A stretch of DNA of 42,035 nt from an uncultured Nitrospirota bacterium (GCA_947085365.1 CAMTWD010000028.1:1-42035); one strand, 5' to 3'. Counted from the first letter of the stretch, positions 29,396-38,639 are shown. Program-made: numbers and translations. The notes: generated from the letters alone by a model not told the origin.

Positions 29396-31369
29396 TTACC
29401 TCAAGAGCATTATAAAGGCAATTATGAAGAAGATGGCACCTGCCATATAAAGACCGTAATGACTCACGAGCCCGGTCTGGAGCCTTCTCAGCCTCTCAGA
29501 TGTCCTTCCTATAAAGGCAGGCACTCCATTGACAATTGCCTCAATTATACCTATATCCACCGTAGCCTCAACAACCCTTCTGGCAAGCCAGTTAGTTGGT
29601 CTTACAATAATGAATCCATAAAATTCGTCAATATAATATTTATTCCAGAGGAGTGTATGGATCCTTTTTAAGATCCTGTTATTCAATAGCGCAGAAGCCC
29701 GCACCCTTACTTCCCCACCCTCTTCTTTTTCTTTATAAAGATAAAAGGCAAGGGCTATACCTGTAAGTGCCATAAGGATGCTCAGCCCCATCACCATCAA
29801 TTCAACTGTTACTGAATGGGCTGACTTGTGATGTAATTGATCTTTTCCAAAGACAGGTGATAAGAACTCATAAAACCATGGGCTACCCTTCAGGCCAATA
29901 GCCTCTCCTATTAATGGAGGAATGCCAACCCATCCAGCAACCACTGCACCAATCGCAAGGATTATCAGGGGTATTGTCATGACAGGAGGTGATTCGTGGA
30001 GGTGATGCTCCTGCTCCTTTGTCCCCCTGAATCTTCCATGAAAGGCCACAGCAATTATCCTGAAGGAATAAAAGGCAGTAAGGAGAACTGTAATTGTTCC
30101 AATGAACCAGAGGAATCTTCCAAGCTCCCCTTGCAGATAGGCTTGATAAAGGATCTTATCCTTGCTGAAGAACCCTGCAAAACCGGGTATCCCTGCAATA
30201 CTCAAACTGGCAAGAAGCATGGTGAGATAGGTGATCTTCATCTTCTTCTTTAAGCCACCCATCTTCCATATATCAAGCTCTCCTGCCATGGCATGCATGA
30301 CACTGCCGGCTCCAAGGAAGAGTAATGCCTTAAAAAAGGCGTGGGTATAAAGATGGAATATGCCCGCAGAGTAGGCCCCGACTCCGCAGGCAAGAAACAT
30401 ATAACCAAGCTGACTTATGGTGGAATAGGCAATTATCCTTTTAATATCCTTCTGGACAAGCCCTATGGTTGCAGCAAAGAAGGCAGTTACAGCTCCAGTA
30501 ATAGCCACAACTGTCATCGCTGTTTCTGAAAGATTGAATATGGGACTGCATCGTGCCACCATAAAGACACCTGCTGTAACCATGGTTGCTGCATGGATAA
30601 GGGCGCTTACGGGAGTTGGGCCCTCCATTGCATCGGGAAGCCATACATGAAGTGGTATCTGGGCAGATTTTCCAATAGCACCACAGAAAAGCAGAAGGGC
30701 AATAACTGTTATAAGGTCAAATTCGTATCCAAGGAGGTGAATCGTCTTACCGCTTATAGCCGAGGCATTCTCAAAGACTGGTATATAATGGAGTGTACCG
30801 AAGGTTAAGAATATGAGGATTACACCAAGGCCGAATCCAAAATCTCCAAACCTGTTCACAATAAAGGCCTTTTTACCTGCATCTGAGGCAGACCTCTTTT
30901 CATACCAGTATCCTATAAGAAGATAGGAACAGAGACCAACAGCCTCCCAGCCAAAGTAGAGCTGGAGAAAATTGTTGGACATGACAAGCATGAGCATGGA
31001 GAATGTAAAGAGATTAAGATAGGCAAAAAACCTGTAAAATCCGGGATCACCATGCATATAACCGATAGAATATACATGCACAAGGAAGCTCACTACTGTA
31101 ACAACAAAGAGCATAACTGCTGTCAGCTGATCTATGAGAAATCCCACAGAGACCCTGAAATCTCCTGAAACCACCCATGTATAAAGATCTTCATTAATCA
31201 CATTCCCTGATATCACCTGACCAATTGTTATAAGTGAAAAGACCATGCTCAGACCAACAAGTGGAACGGATACCCAGTGGGCCTTATCCCTGAGAAGTCT
31301 TCTACCAAAGAGGATATTGATCAGAAATCCTGCCAGTGGTAAAAGGGGTATCAATAGATAATATCTCAT
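29396..31369 (-). CDS. nuoL: NADH-quinone oxidoreductase subunit L
   Basis: GKSAQ.PL.VWLPDAMEGPTPVSALIHAATMV, HAFFKALLF. Confidence 0.96.
   Translation of the reverse strand: MRYYLLIPLLPLAGFLINILFGRRLLRDKAHWVSVPLVGLSMVFSLITIGQVISGNVINEDLYTWVVSGDFRVSVGFLIDQLTAVMLFVVTVVSFLVHVYSIGYMHGDPGFYRFFAYLNLFTFSMLMLVMSNNFLQLYFGWEAVGLCSYLLIGYWYEKRSASDAGKKAFIVNRFGDFGFGLGVILIFLTFGTLHYIPVFENASAISGKTIHLLGYEFDLITVIALLLFCGAIGKSAQIPLHVWLPDAMEGPTPVSALIHAATMVTAGVFMVARCSPIFNLSETAMTVVAITGAVTAFFAATIGLVQKDIKRIIAYSTISQLGYMFLACGVGAYSAGIFHLYTHAFFKALLFLGAGSVMHAMAGELDIWKMGGLKKKMKITYLTMLLASLSIAGIPGFAGFFSKDKILYQAYLQGELGRFLWFIGTITVLLTAFYSFRIIAVAFHGRFRGTKEQEHHLHESPPVMTIPLIILAIGAVVAGWVGIPPLIGEAIGLKGSPWFYEFLSPVFGKDQLHHKSAHSVTVELMVMGLSILMALTGIALAFYLYKEKEEGGEVRVRASALLNNRILKRIHTLLWNKYYIDEFYGFIIVRPTNWLARRVVEATVDIGIIEAIVNGVPAFIGRTSERLRRLQTGLVSHYGLYMAGAIFFIIAFIMLLR
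29703..29719 (-). repeat. Degenerate repeat in nuoL (GGEVRV)
   Basis: ACCCTTACTTCCCCACC. Confidence 0.55.
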
Positions 31370-31393
31370 CAGTGCCTCCTTTTAAGATAACCG

Positions 31394-31696
31394 TCAACCC
31401 TTCATCTCAGTAACCTCATCCACATGACCGACTGCCTTTGTCCTGAAGAGGGCAATAACAATTGCCAGGCCTATGGCAGCCTCAGCAGCAGCAACAGCTA
31501 TAACAAAGAATGCGAGCATCTGACCCCTTAAGTCCTGCATATAATGACTCATGGCAACGAGATTGATATTCACTGCATTCAGCATGAGCTCCACAGAGAT
31601 TAATATTATGATAATGTTCCTCCTTGTGAGAAAACCTATCATTCCGATCGAAAATACCGCCAGACTCAACCATATATACCACTTGAGCTCAATCAT
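31394..31696 (-). CDS. nuoK: NADH-quinone oxidoreductase subunit K
   Basis: [17 protein letters not shown]; likely ATG at 31696. Confidence 0.94.
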   Translation of the reverse strand: MIELKWYIWLSLAVFSIGMIGFLTRRNIIIILISVELMLNAVNINLVAMSHYMQDLRGQMLAFFVIAVAAAEAAIGLAIVIALFRTKAVGHVDEVTEMKG

Positions 31697-31706
31697 CCTA
31701 CACCCC

Positions 31707-32210
31707 CTACAACCTCTTCTTTGTAAGGACAATGGCACCCACTATTGCCACAAGAAGGATCAGAGAGATAATCTCAAAGGGCAAGATATAATTCATAAAG
31801 AGTTCCTTTCCAAAGGCCTTTGTATGAGTAGCTGTTTTTATAAATTCTATGGTATGCACTCCTGAATAAGTGGGTCCTGCTTCCTTTAAGCCAAGCAATA
31901 GCATTATAAAGAGACCGATAACCACTGGAAGGGCCATTACCCACGAGCCAACAAAAAGACTTATCTCTAATTCCTCTTTTATGTTCAATATCATTATTGC
32001 AAAGAGGAAGAGGACAAGGATTGCTCCTGCGTAAACAATAACCTGCACCGCTGCAAGGAACTCTGCATTCAAGAGGAGATAAAGGGCTGCCACATGGATA
32101 AACATAAAGAGCATCCCCAGGACACTGTGCACAGGATTCTTTCTGGTGATAATGAATAGGGAAAGTCCTATTATACTTAAGGCAAGATAACCAAAGAGAA
32201 AGTGAATCAT
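31707..32210 (-). CDS. nuoJ: NADH-quinone oxidoreductase subunit J
   Basis: [29 protein letters not shown]. Confidence 0.95.
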   Translation of the reverse strand: MIHFLFGYLALSIIGLSLFIITRKNPVHSVLGMLFMFIHVAALYLLLNAEFLAAVQVIVYAGAILVLFLFAIMILNIKEELEISLFVGSWVMALPVVIGLFIMLLLGLKEAGPTYSGVHTIEFIKTATHTKAFGKELFMNYILPFEIISLILLVAIVGAIVLTKKRL

Positions 32211-32833
32211 ATCTTATCCCCCTCATTTGGTGGCGAGGTAACCATCCATTCTCCTCTTATATTCCTTAACCTACCTTTTCTCCTTTTATATCTTTCAGGA
32301 TCAAATACTGCCTGACCTTCGTATTCCCTGTAATCATTGCTTACAGGATGCCAGAATCTCTTAAAGTATTCCTCACCCTTCTGACCTGCCATATATTTAT
32401 CCCAGTTCTCAAGGAGCCTGTCCATGGTCATATAAAAGTCATCCCTTGAGTAATTAGCATATTCATAATGTTCAGTAAGGCAGATTGCCTGGAAAGGACA
32501 GGCCTCAACACAGAGGCCACAATAAACACACCTTAAGACCTCAATCTCATATCCCTCAACTATCTTCTGATGGTCAGGGCCTTCAGAGGTATATACATGG
32601 ATACATTCTGAGGGGCAGATAGCTGCACAGAGGCCACACCCAACACACCTTGCAGTTCCATCAGGTCTCCTGGCAAGGGCATGAAGACCTCTGAATCCAG
32701 GTGCAGGAGGACGCCTCTCTTCTGGATACTGCCTCGTGACGGGTCTTGTAAAGAGCCTGCTTAATGTAAGGGCCATGCCCTTGAGGATCTCGATTAAGAA
32801 GACCTTATTGATAATCTCCTTTATCTTTGACAT
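32207..32833 (-). CDS. nuoI: NADH-quinone oxidoreductase subunit I
   Basis: T..YPEE, two CxxCxxCxxxCP motifs. Confidence 0.95.
   Translation of the reverse strand: MSKIKEIINKVFLIEILKGMALTLSRLFTRPVTRQYPEERRPPAPGFRGLHALARRPDGTARCVGCGLCAAICPSECIHVYTSEGPDHQKIVEGYEIEVLRCVYCGLCVEACPFQAICLTEHYEYANYSRDDFYMTMDRLLENWDKYMAGQKGEEYFKRFWHPVSNDYREYEGQAVFDPERYKRRKGRLRNIRGEWMVTSPPNEGDKI
32229..32242 (+). repeat. Partial repeat in the nuoI C-terminal tail (VTSPP)
   Basis: GGTGGCGAGGTAAC. Confidence 0.8.
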
Positions 32834-32854
32834 AATGCCTCCATATACAGGCTA

Positions 32855-32871
32855 ACTGTTACCTCGCCACT
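32855..32871 (-). repeat. Repeat overlapping the nuoH stop
   Basis: ACTGTTACCTCGCCACT. Confidence 0.9.
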
Positions 32872-33910
32872 ATATGATATCAAGGATCTTTAATGTCCCT
32901 GTAATGAATATATTTAAAAGGGCAAGGGGTATAAGAACCTTCCAGCCTATTGCCATGAGCTGATCATACCTGTACCTTGGAAGGGTTGCCCTGACCCAGT
33001 AAAAAAGGAATATAAAGAAATAGACCTTCAGGACAAACCAGACTATCCCTGGAATCACCGAGAGAAAGGGCATAATCTCTATAACTACAGGTGGAAGGGT
33101 CCACCCCCCAAAATAACAGATAGTAAGAAGGGAGGCCATTACAATCATGGCAATGTATTCTGCAGCATAAAAGAGGGCAAAACGAAATCCAGAATACTCC
33201 ACAAAGTAGCCTGCCACAAGCTCATTTTCTGCCTCAGGAAGGTCAAAGGGTGACCTGTTCGTCTCAGCAAAGGCTGCCACAAGAAAGACAAAGAGGCCCA
33301 GTATCTGTGGAATGGCAAACATTCCGTAGGGGTATCTTGTCTGGGCCTCCACTATCTCCCTTAGATTAAGAGAACCAGCCATTATCATCACACCCACAAG
33401 ACTCAGTCCCATGGCAATCTCATAACTCAAGACCTGTGATGATGACCTGAGACCTCCCAGAAAGGCATATTTTGAATTTGATGCCCATCCAGCCATAACT
33501 ATCCCGTAGGCACCAAGGGAAGACATGGCAAGGATAAAGAGAAGCCCTACATTTATATTTGCCACATACCAGTCCCTGTAAAAGGGGATCACACTTAAAG
33601 AGCTTATAGCAGCAACAAAGGATATAACAGGGGCAAAATAGAAGATCGGTCTGTCTGCCTGATGGGGAATTATGTCCTCTTTAAAAAAGAGCTTTATCAG
33701 GTCAGCAATGGGCTGGAGTATTCCATGGGGTCCAACCCTCATTGGCCCCATCCTTACCTGGATATGACCTATAACCTTTCTTTCAAAATAGGTTGCATAA
33801 GCCACATGAAACATGGCAACAGAGATAAGTATTATGGACTTCACAACGGCGGTTATCAGGCTCCATACCACGGGCTCAGTAATAACTGTTACCTCGCCAC
33901 CAAAGGACAT
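32870..33910 (-). CDS. nuoH: NADH-quinone oxidoreductase subunit H
   Basis: ERKV...Q.R.GP, AETNR.PFDLPEAE.ELVAG, PRYRYDQLM. Confidence 0.96.
   Translation of the reverse strand: MSFGGEVTVITEPVVWSLITAVVKSIILISVAMFHVAYATYFERKVIGHIQVRMGPMRVGPHGILQPIADLIKLFFKEDIIPHQADRPIFYFAPVISFVAAISSLSVIPFYRDWYVANINVGLLFILAMSSLGAYGIVMAGWASNSKYAFLGGLRSSSQVLSYEIAMGLSLVGVMIMAGSLNLREIVEAQTRYPYGMFAIPQILGLFVFLVAAFAETNRSPFDLPEAENELVAGYFVEYSGFRFALFYAAEYIAMIVMASLLTICYFGGWTLPPVVIEIMPFLSVIPGIVWFVLKVYFFIFLFYWVRATLPRYRYDQLMAIGWKVLIPLALLNIFITGTLKILDII
33885..33901 (-). repeat. Repeat at the nuoH N-terminus (GGEVTV)
   Basis: ACTGTTACCTCGCCACC. Confidence 0.9.
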
Positions 33911-33928
33911 AAATATATTCCTCCTTCT

Positions 33929-36766
33929 CTATAGAGATATCTCAAATCTATCCATCAATGGTGCACCTGCAGGACCAATAGAAAAGCCCGTTAATACCCA
34001 AACTGTTACCTCGCTACTAACTGTTACTTCACCACCAATTGAGTCCGTCTCTCCAATAAAGCCAGGTATCTCAATAAGACCTTCAGGAAGGGAGTCTTCT
34101 ATCTTTACTGGCAGGGAGACGTCGTCGCCACTAACTGTTACCTCGCCACCAAAGGAGCTCCTAATCTTCACCTTCTGACCATCCCTGACTCCTAAGGTTT
34201 CTGCTGTCTTTAAGGCCATCTTCACAAAAGGCCTCCCAGAAATTAAACTTAAGGCTTTAGAATACCTGCTAATTGTAGCAGAAAGGAGGGAGTCTTTTTC
34301 AACTACTATTTTATAGCTATATGCAGAATCTACTGGGACTGTTACTTCGCCACCAACTGTTACCTCGCCACTAGGCGTAGTAAGTCCCTTTATCCATTCA
34401 TCTATCACAGCCTCTGTCTTTCTGAGGGGCTCACCCCTGTAGGGCCAGAGTACTCCTTCAATGAGTTCAGAAGGAGAGAGTCCTCTGTGGAGGCTTGAGG
34501 CAGTGCATATCTCCTTCCATAGTTCATCAATGGATGTATAAGGCATATTTATACCAATCCTTTTCCCGATCTCTCTGAAGACCTCCCAGTCACTGAGCAC
34601 TGTTACCTCGGGGGTACACAGGGGGGAACATTCGTTCCCCCCTGTGAGACCCCCCACTGTTACCTCGCCACTAAGCCCGGCTATCTCACTAACTCCTACT
34701 TCTCTACCAATCACTTCCGACCTCTGATTTCTGAAGAACTGTATCCTTCTTTCCATATTTGTGTAGCTTCCCTTCCTCTCAGGCCATGGCCTCACAGGGA
34801 TCCCTATATGGGCAAGCTCCATGGTATTTGTGAAAAAGGCATCCTGGACAATGAGGAGTTCAAGGTTCCTTAGGGCATTCCTTATCCTTCCTCCACCAGG
34901 CAATTCATTCACAGGATCAAACCCAGCCACATAAAGGGCCTTTATCTCTCCCTTCTCAATGCCCTCAATTATCTCATAAAGGGTCTTACCAGGGGAGGGC
35001 GTTATAGAGAATCCCCAGATATCTTCAAGATGAGATCTCCAGGCTGAAACAGTGAGGGATCTTCCTCCCGGAAGCATATCTGGGGAAAGACCCATATCTA
35101 TAAGGCCCTGCTCATTGGGAGAATTCTGGAGAAGGAATATCCTTGCATCAAGCAGATAAGCCATAATCCCTAAGGAGATGAGATCGTATAATCCACCCTC
35201 TCTCTGAAGGATCTCCCTTCCCAGGACAAAGGATATGAGGTCCTTTTGGGAGATCTCCCTTGCTATCTCTTTTATCCTCTCAGATGGTTCTATATCATTG
35301 AGATTGAGGATATCAATTAGCCTTTTTATCTTTTCTTCCTTAGGTGGAGAAGTAACAGTGCTTTTGATCTCTATCAAGGCCCTTGTAAGCTCCCTTAAGA
35401 CTAAGGACTCATCCTCTGCTTCTCCCATTGACCATGTCCTGTGCCTCCTGAGATTAGGACAGTACCCAATGGTCAAGACCTTTGCGCCTTTAAGATAGGC
35501 CCTTCTTATATGGACACCAAAGACAGGAGCAACCTGATAGGGATCACCCCCTGCAACTACTATTACCTCTGAATTCACTATGCCTTGAATCCTGTTTGCC
35601 GTTACACCAGGTCCAAAGAGCTCTTCAAAGAAGAGCTCCATCTGGATATAACCTGTCCTGGCAGAAGAATCTATATTGTTTGATCCAAGACCCCTTATCA
35701 ATTTGCCAAATAGATAGGCATCCTCATTTGTCAACCTTCCTCCAGCTATGGCCGCAATACTTCCTGGACCGTATTTATCTTTTATCTCCAGAAGATGAGA
35801 GGCAGTCTGTGTAAGGAGATCATCTATTTGGCGGGTATACCTCTCATTACCAATCCTCACAAAGGGTAATTTCAGGCGATTGCTGTGGTTAACAAAGTCA
35901 TATCCAAATCTGCCCATCATACAGGTAAGACCACGATTTGGTTCTGAGGTGTCTTCCAGATTTGACCAGAACCTCACAACTGTTGGGGGTACACAGGGGG
36001 AAACTGCGTTTCCCCCTGTGCGACCCCCAACTGTTACCTCGCCACCAATGGAACTACCCCTTCTCTGAATAAGAATCCTGCAACCCACACCGCAAAAACC
36101 ACATATGCCTTTCTGAGACTCTACAAGCCACGCCCTGTATTCATGGAGAGATAGTCTTGATACAAGGGCTCCTACAGGACAGGCACTCAGGCAGTTTCCG
36201 CAGTATTCACAGTTAAAGACCTTCCCTGAAAAGGGCTCAATAACGCTCCTGTCGCCTCTATGGACAACTGATAGGGCATCAGCTCCCTGAAGCTCCTGAC
36301 AGGTTCTGATGCATCTTGTGCAGAGAATACACCTCTTCATATTTCTCACAATCAAGGGATCATCCAGTACCTCAGGTAATTTCCTCTTTCTTTCCTTGAA
36401 CCTACCCTGAGAGGGACCATAAAGGAGCACAGCATCCTGAAGTTCACATTCACCCGCCTTATCGCAAACAGGACATTCCAAGGGGTGATTTATAAGTAGG
36501 AATTCCAGTATAGCACGCCTTGCCTTGATGACCTCCTCTGTATCTGTGCGGACAACCATTCCATCTGCCACCATTGTCGTGCAAGCTGTCTGGAGTCTTG
36601 GCATCCTCTCAATCTGCACAAGGCAGAGCCTGCATCCACCCCAGGGTGTTAATCCTTCAAGAAAACAGAGGGTTGGTATAGTGATCCCAGCCCTCTTTGC
36701 AGCCTCAAGAACTGTTAGAGGTTCTGAAAGGAATATGGTCCTGTCATTAATTGTTACCTTAATCAT
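33929..36766 (-). CDS. nuoG: NADH-quinone oxidoreductase subunit G (molybdopterin-oxidoreductase fold)
   Basis: IPTLC..CRLC, HPLECPVCDKAGEC.LQ, CILCTRC, CEYCGNC...CP, CGFCGVGC; likely ATG at 36766 with RBS GGGGAG; many repeat inserts. Confidence 0.9.
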   Translation of the reverse strand: MIKVTINDRTIFLSEPLTVLEAAKRAGITIPTLCFLEGLTPWGGCRLCLVQIERMPRLQTACTTMVADGMVVRTDTEEVIKARRAILEFLLINHPLECPVCDKAGECELQDAVLLYGPSQGRFKERKRKLPEVLDDPLIVRNMKRCILCTRCIRTCQELQGADALSVVHRGDRSVIEPFSGKVFNCEYCGNCLSACPVGALVSRLSLHEYRAWLVESQKGICGFCGVGCRILIQRRGSSIGGEVTVGGRTGGNAVSPCVPPTVVRFWSNLEDTSEPNRGLTCMMGRFGYDFVNHSNRLKLPFVRIGNERYTRQIDDLLTQTASHLLEIKDKYGPGSIAAIAGGRLTNEDAYLFGKLIRGLGSNNIDSSARTGYIQMELFFEELFGPGVTANRIQGIVNSEVIVVAGGDPYQVAPVFGVHIRRAYLKGAKVLTIGYCPNLRRHRTWSMGEAEDESLVLRELTRALIEIKSTVTSPPKEEKIKRLIDILNLNDIEPSERIKEIAREISQKDLISFVLGREILQREGGLYDLISLGIMAYLLDARIFLLQNSPNEQGLIDMGLSPDMLPGGRSLTVSAWRSHLEDIWGFSITPSPGKTLYEIIEGIEKGEIKALYVAGFDPVNELPGGGRIRNALRNLELLIVQDAFFTNTMELAHIGIPVRPWPERKGSYTNMERRIQFFRNQRSEVIGREVGVSEIAGLSGEVTVGGLTGGNECSPLCTPEVTVLSDWEVFREIGKRIGINMPYTSIDELWKEICTASSLHRGLSPSELIEGVLWPYRGEPLRKTEAVIDEWIKGLTTPSGEVTVGGEVTVPVDSAYSYKIVVEKDSLLSATISRYSKALSLISGRPFVKMALKTAETLGVRDGQKVKIRSSFGGEVTVSGDDVSLPVKIEDSLPEGLIEIPGFIGETDSIGGEVTVSSEVTVWVLTGFSIGPAGAPLMDRFEISL
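34002..34372 (-). repeat. Five repeats in frame in the nuoG 3' region
   Basis: Copies at 34002, 34020, 34134, 34338, 34356. Confidence 0.92.
34599..34672 (-). repeat. Composite hairpin-repeat element in frame in nuoG
   Basis: ACTGTTACCTC GGGGGTACACAGGGGGGAAC attc GTTCCCCCCTGTGAGACCCCCC ACTGTTACCTCGCCACT. Confidence 0.93.
35343..35359 (+). repeat. Repeat in nuoG, opposite orientation (TVTSPP)
   Basis: GGTGGAGAAGTAACAGT. Confidence 0.85.
35978..36046 (-). repeat. Composite hairpin-repeat element in frame in nuoG
   Basis: AACTGTT GGGGGTACACAGGGGGAAAC tgc GTTTCCCCCTGTGCGACCCCC AACTGTTACCTCGCCACC. Confidence 0.93.
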
Positions 36767-38639
36767 ACTTCTCCCCTGGTGGCGAGGTAACAGTTGTTGT
36801 CTCTTCACCAATCGGACATCTGCCGAGTCTTATATGTTCCTTAAACTCATCCTTGAAGTGCCTTAACATACCTGTAACAACACAGGCAGCAGCATCACCC
36901 AGGGCACAGAAGGTCTTTCCCGAGATATTCCCGCAGATCTCCTCAAGGAGCTCAAGGTCATCTTCACCTGCCCTTCCATCCTCAATCCTCTTGAGGATAT
37001 TTTCAAGCCAGCCTGTGCCTTCTCTACAGGGTGTACACTTTCCGCAGGACTCATCCCTGTAAAAACTCATTGCCCTCATGGCAATCCTCACCATACAATG
37101 GGATGACGAAAAGACCATCACTGCACCTGTACCCAACATGCTCTTCTTAGAGGCAAGCCCTGAAAAGTCAAGAGGGCAATCAAGATCAGCTGCTGTCAAG
37201 ACTGGAGTTGAAAGACCACCTGGAATAACAGCCTTTATATCATCGGCACCTCCAGCAAGCTGAATGAGCTCTCTTAAGGTGATACCTGTTGGCACTTCAT
37301 ACACCCCTGGTCTTCTTACACCACTTATGGAGAAGAGCTTCGGACCTGGGGCATCCTTTGAACCAATCCCCTGATAGGAAGTGGCACCAATATTCAGGAT
37401 AACAGGTATATTTGCGATTGTCTCTACATTATTTACCACCGTCGGCCTTCCGGAAAGACCACTATTTACAGGAAAGGGAGGCCTTATCCTTGGCTGTCCC
37501 CTTTTACCCTCTAAGGACTCGATAAGGGCTGTCTCCTCACCACAGATATACGCCCCTGCCCCCCTATGGATAAAGATATCAAAATTAAAGCCAGTTCCAA
37601 GGATATTCTCGCCAAGATAACCCTCAGACCTGGCAGACCTGATGGCCTCTTCAAGCACAGGGATAACCTCTGGATATTCATATCTGAGATAGATATATCC
37701 CACCTCTGCACCAATGGCATAGGCAGAGATGATCATCCCCTCAACTAATTGATGGGGATTCCTTCCAAGGATTATCCTGTCTTTGTAGGTACCTGGTTCA
37801 CCTTCATCAGCATTCGCAATAAGATATTTGGGTCTCTTGGGATCCTGTCTTGCAAAGGCCCATTTCATGCCTGTTGGAAACCCTGCACCACCACGACCCC
37901 TGAGTCCCGATGCCTTGACAAGGTCTATAATCTCTTCAGGTTTGAGTTGAAAGGCCTTTTTAAGGGCAGTGTAGCCACCCTTTTCTCTGTAAGAATCTAT
38001 ATCTATACAGTCAAGGGTTTTTAATAGGAGGCTTTCAGGCTCCATTGGAAAGACATCAATCTGAGAAAGGGTAGACTGGCCATTCTTCATATCATCAAAA
38101 CTGCCATTAATAATAGAGTCCATGATCTCTTCTATCTTTTCTATGTCCAGTCTTCCAAAGAGCCTTCCATTTACGAGCATGGCGGGTCCTATACCACAGG
38201 CACCAAGACATTCTGTGATCATGAGGCTGAAGATGGAGGGATCTTTGTAATGAAATATCTCAGGGCCTGAAGTCTTTTTTAACTCTTCAGCAGGAATCAG
38301 TTCGTATCTCTTTATAAGGTGATCTATCAATCTGTCAGCTCCGGCTACCATACAGGCCACATTCCTGCATATCTGGATAAAGTACCTTACCTTGCCACCT
38401 TGAGGAATAAAGTTATAAAAGCTATAAAAGGTGCCTACTCCCTTTATTAAGGCAGGGCTCTCTCCTGTGATCTCCGAGACCTTACGGAGATCCTCTTCAG
38501 TTAAATATCCTCTCCTCTCCTTCAGGATATGAAGGAGGGGCATTATAAGGGAAGACCTGAGGGGATAACGATTTATGAGAGAGGTATAATCCTCTGGAGT
38601 TAAAAAATTGGTATCTCTCCACTCTGCTCCTTTTTTCAT
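36759..38639 (-). CDS. nuoEF: NADH-quinone oxidoreductase fused subunits E and F
   Basis: N-terminal CRNVAC...CLGAC [2Fe-2S] (NuoE), then LRGRGGAGFP, NADEGEPG, GAGAYICGEE, CGKCTPCREG (NuoF). Confidence 0.9.
   Translation of the reverse strand: MKKGAEWRDTNFLTPEDYTSLINRYPLRSSLIMPLLHILKERRGYLTEEDLRKVSEITGESPALIKGVGTFYSFYNFIPQGGKVRYFIQICRNVACMVAGADRLIDHLIKRYELIPAEELKKTSGPEIFHYKDPSIFSLMITECLGACGIGPAMLVNGRLFGRLDIEKIEEIMDSIINGSFDDMKNGQSTLSQIDVFPMEPESLLLKTLDCIDIDSYREKGGYTALKKAFQLKPEEIIDLVKASGLRGRGGAGFPTGMKWAFARQDPKRPKYLIANADEGEPGTYKDRIILGRNPHQLVEGMIISAYAIGAEVGYIYLRYEYPEVIPVLEEAIRSARSEGYLGENILGTGFNFDIFIHRGAGAYICGEETALIESLEGKRGQPRIRPPFPVNSGLSGRPTVVNNVETIANIPVILNIGATSYQGIGSKDAPGPKLFSISGVRRPGVYEVPTGITLRELIQLAGGADDIKAVIPGGLSTPVLTAADLDCPLDFSGLASKKSMLGTGAVMVFSSSHCMVRIAMRAMSFYRDESCGKCTPCREGTGWLENILKRIEDGRAGEDDLELLEEICGNISGKTFCALGDAAACVVTGMLRHFKDEFKEHIRLGRCPIGEETTTVTSPPGEKYD
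36778..36794 (+). repeat. Repeat in the nuoEF C-terminal tail (TVTSPP)
   Basis: GGTGGCGAGGTAACAGT. Confidence 0.9.

Noticed and set aside
33885-34672. Clustered repeats as a CRISPR array
   Set aside because: The unit is only 18 bp, spacing is irregular, copies lie inside nuoG/nuoH in both orientations, and no cas genes are present.
36767-36811. NuoG extension MVKRQQLLPRHQGRS
   Set aside because: It overlaps the nuoEF tail; the ATG at 36766 has its own RBS.
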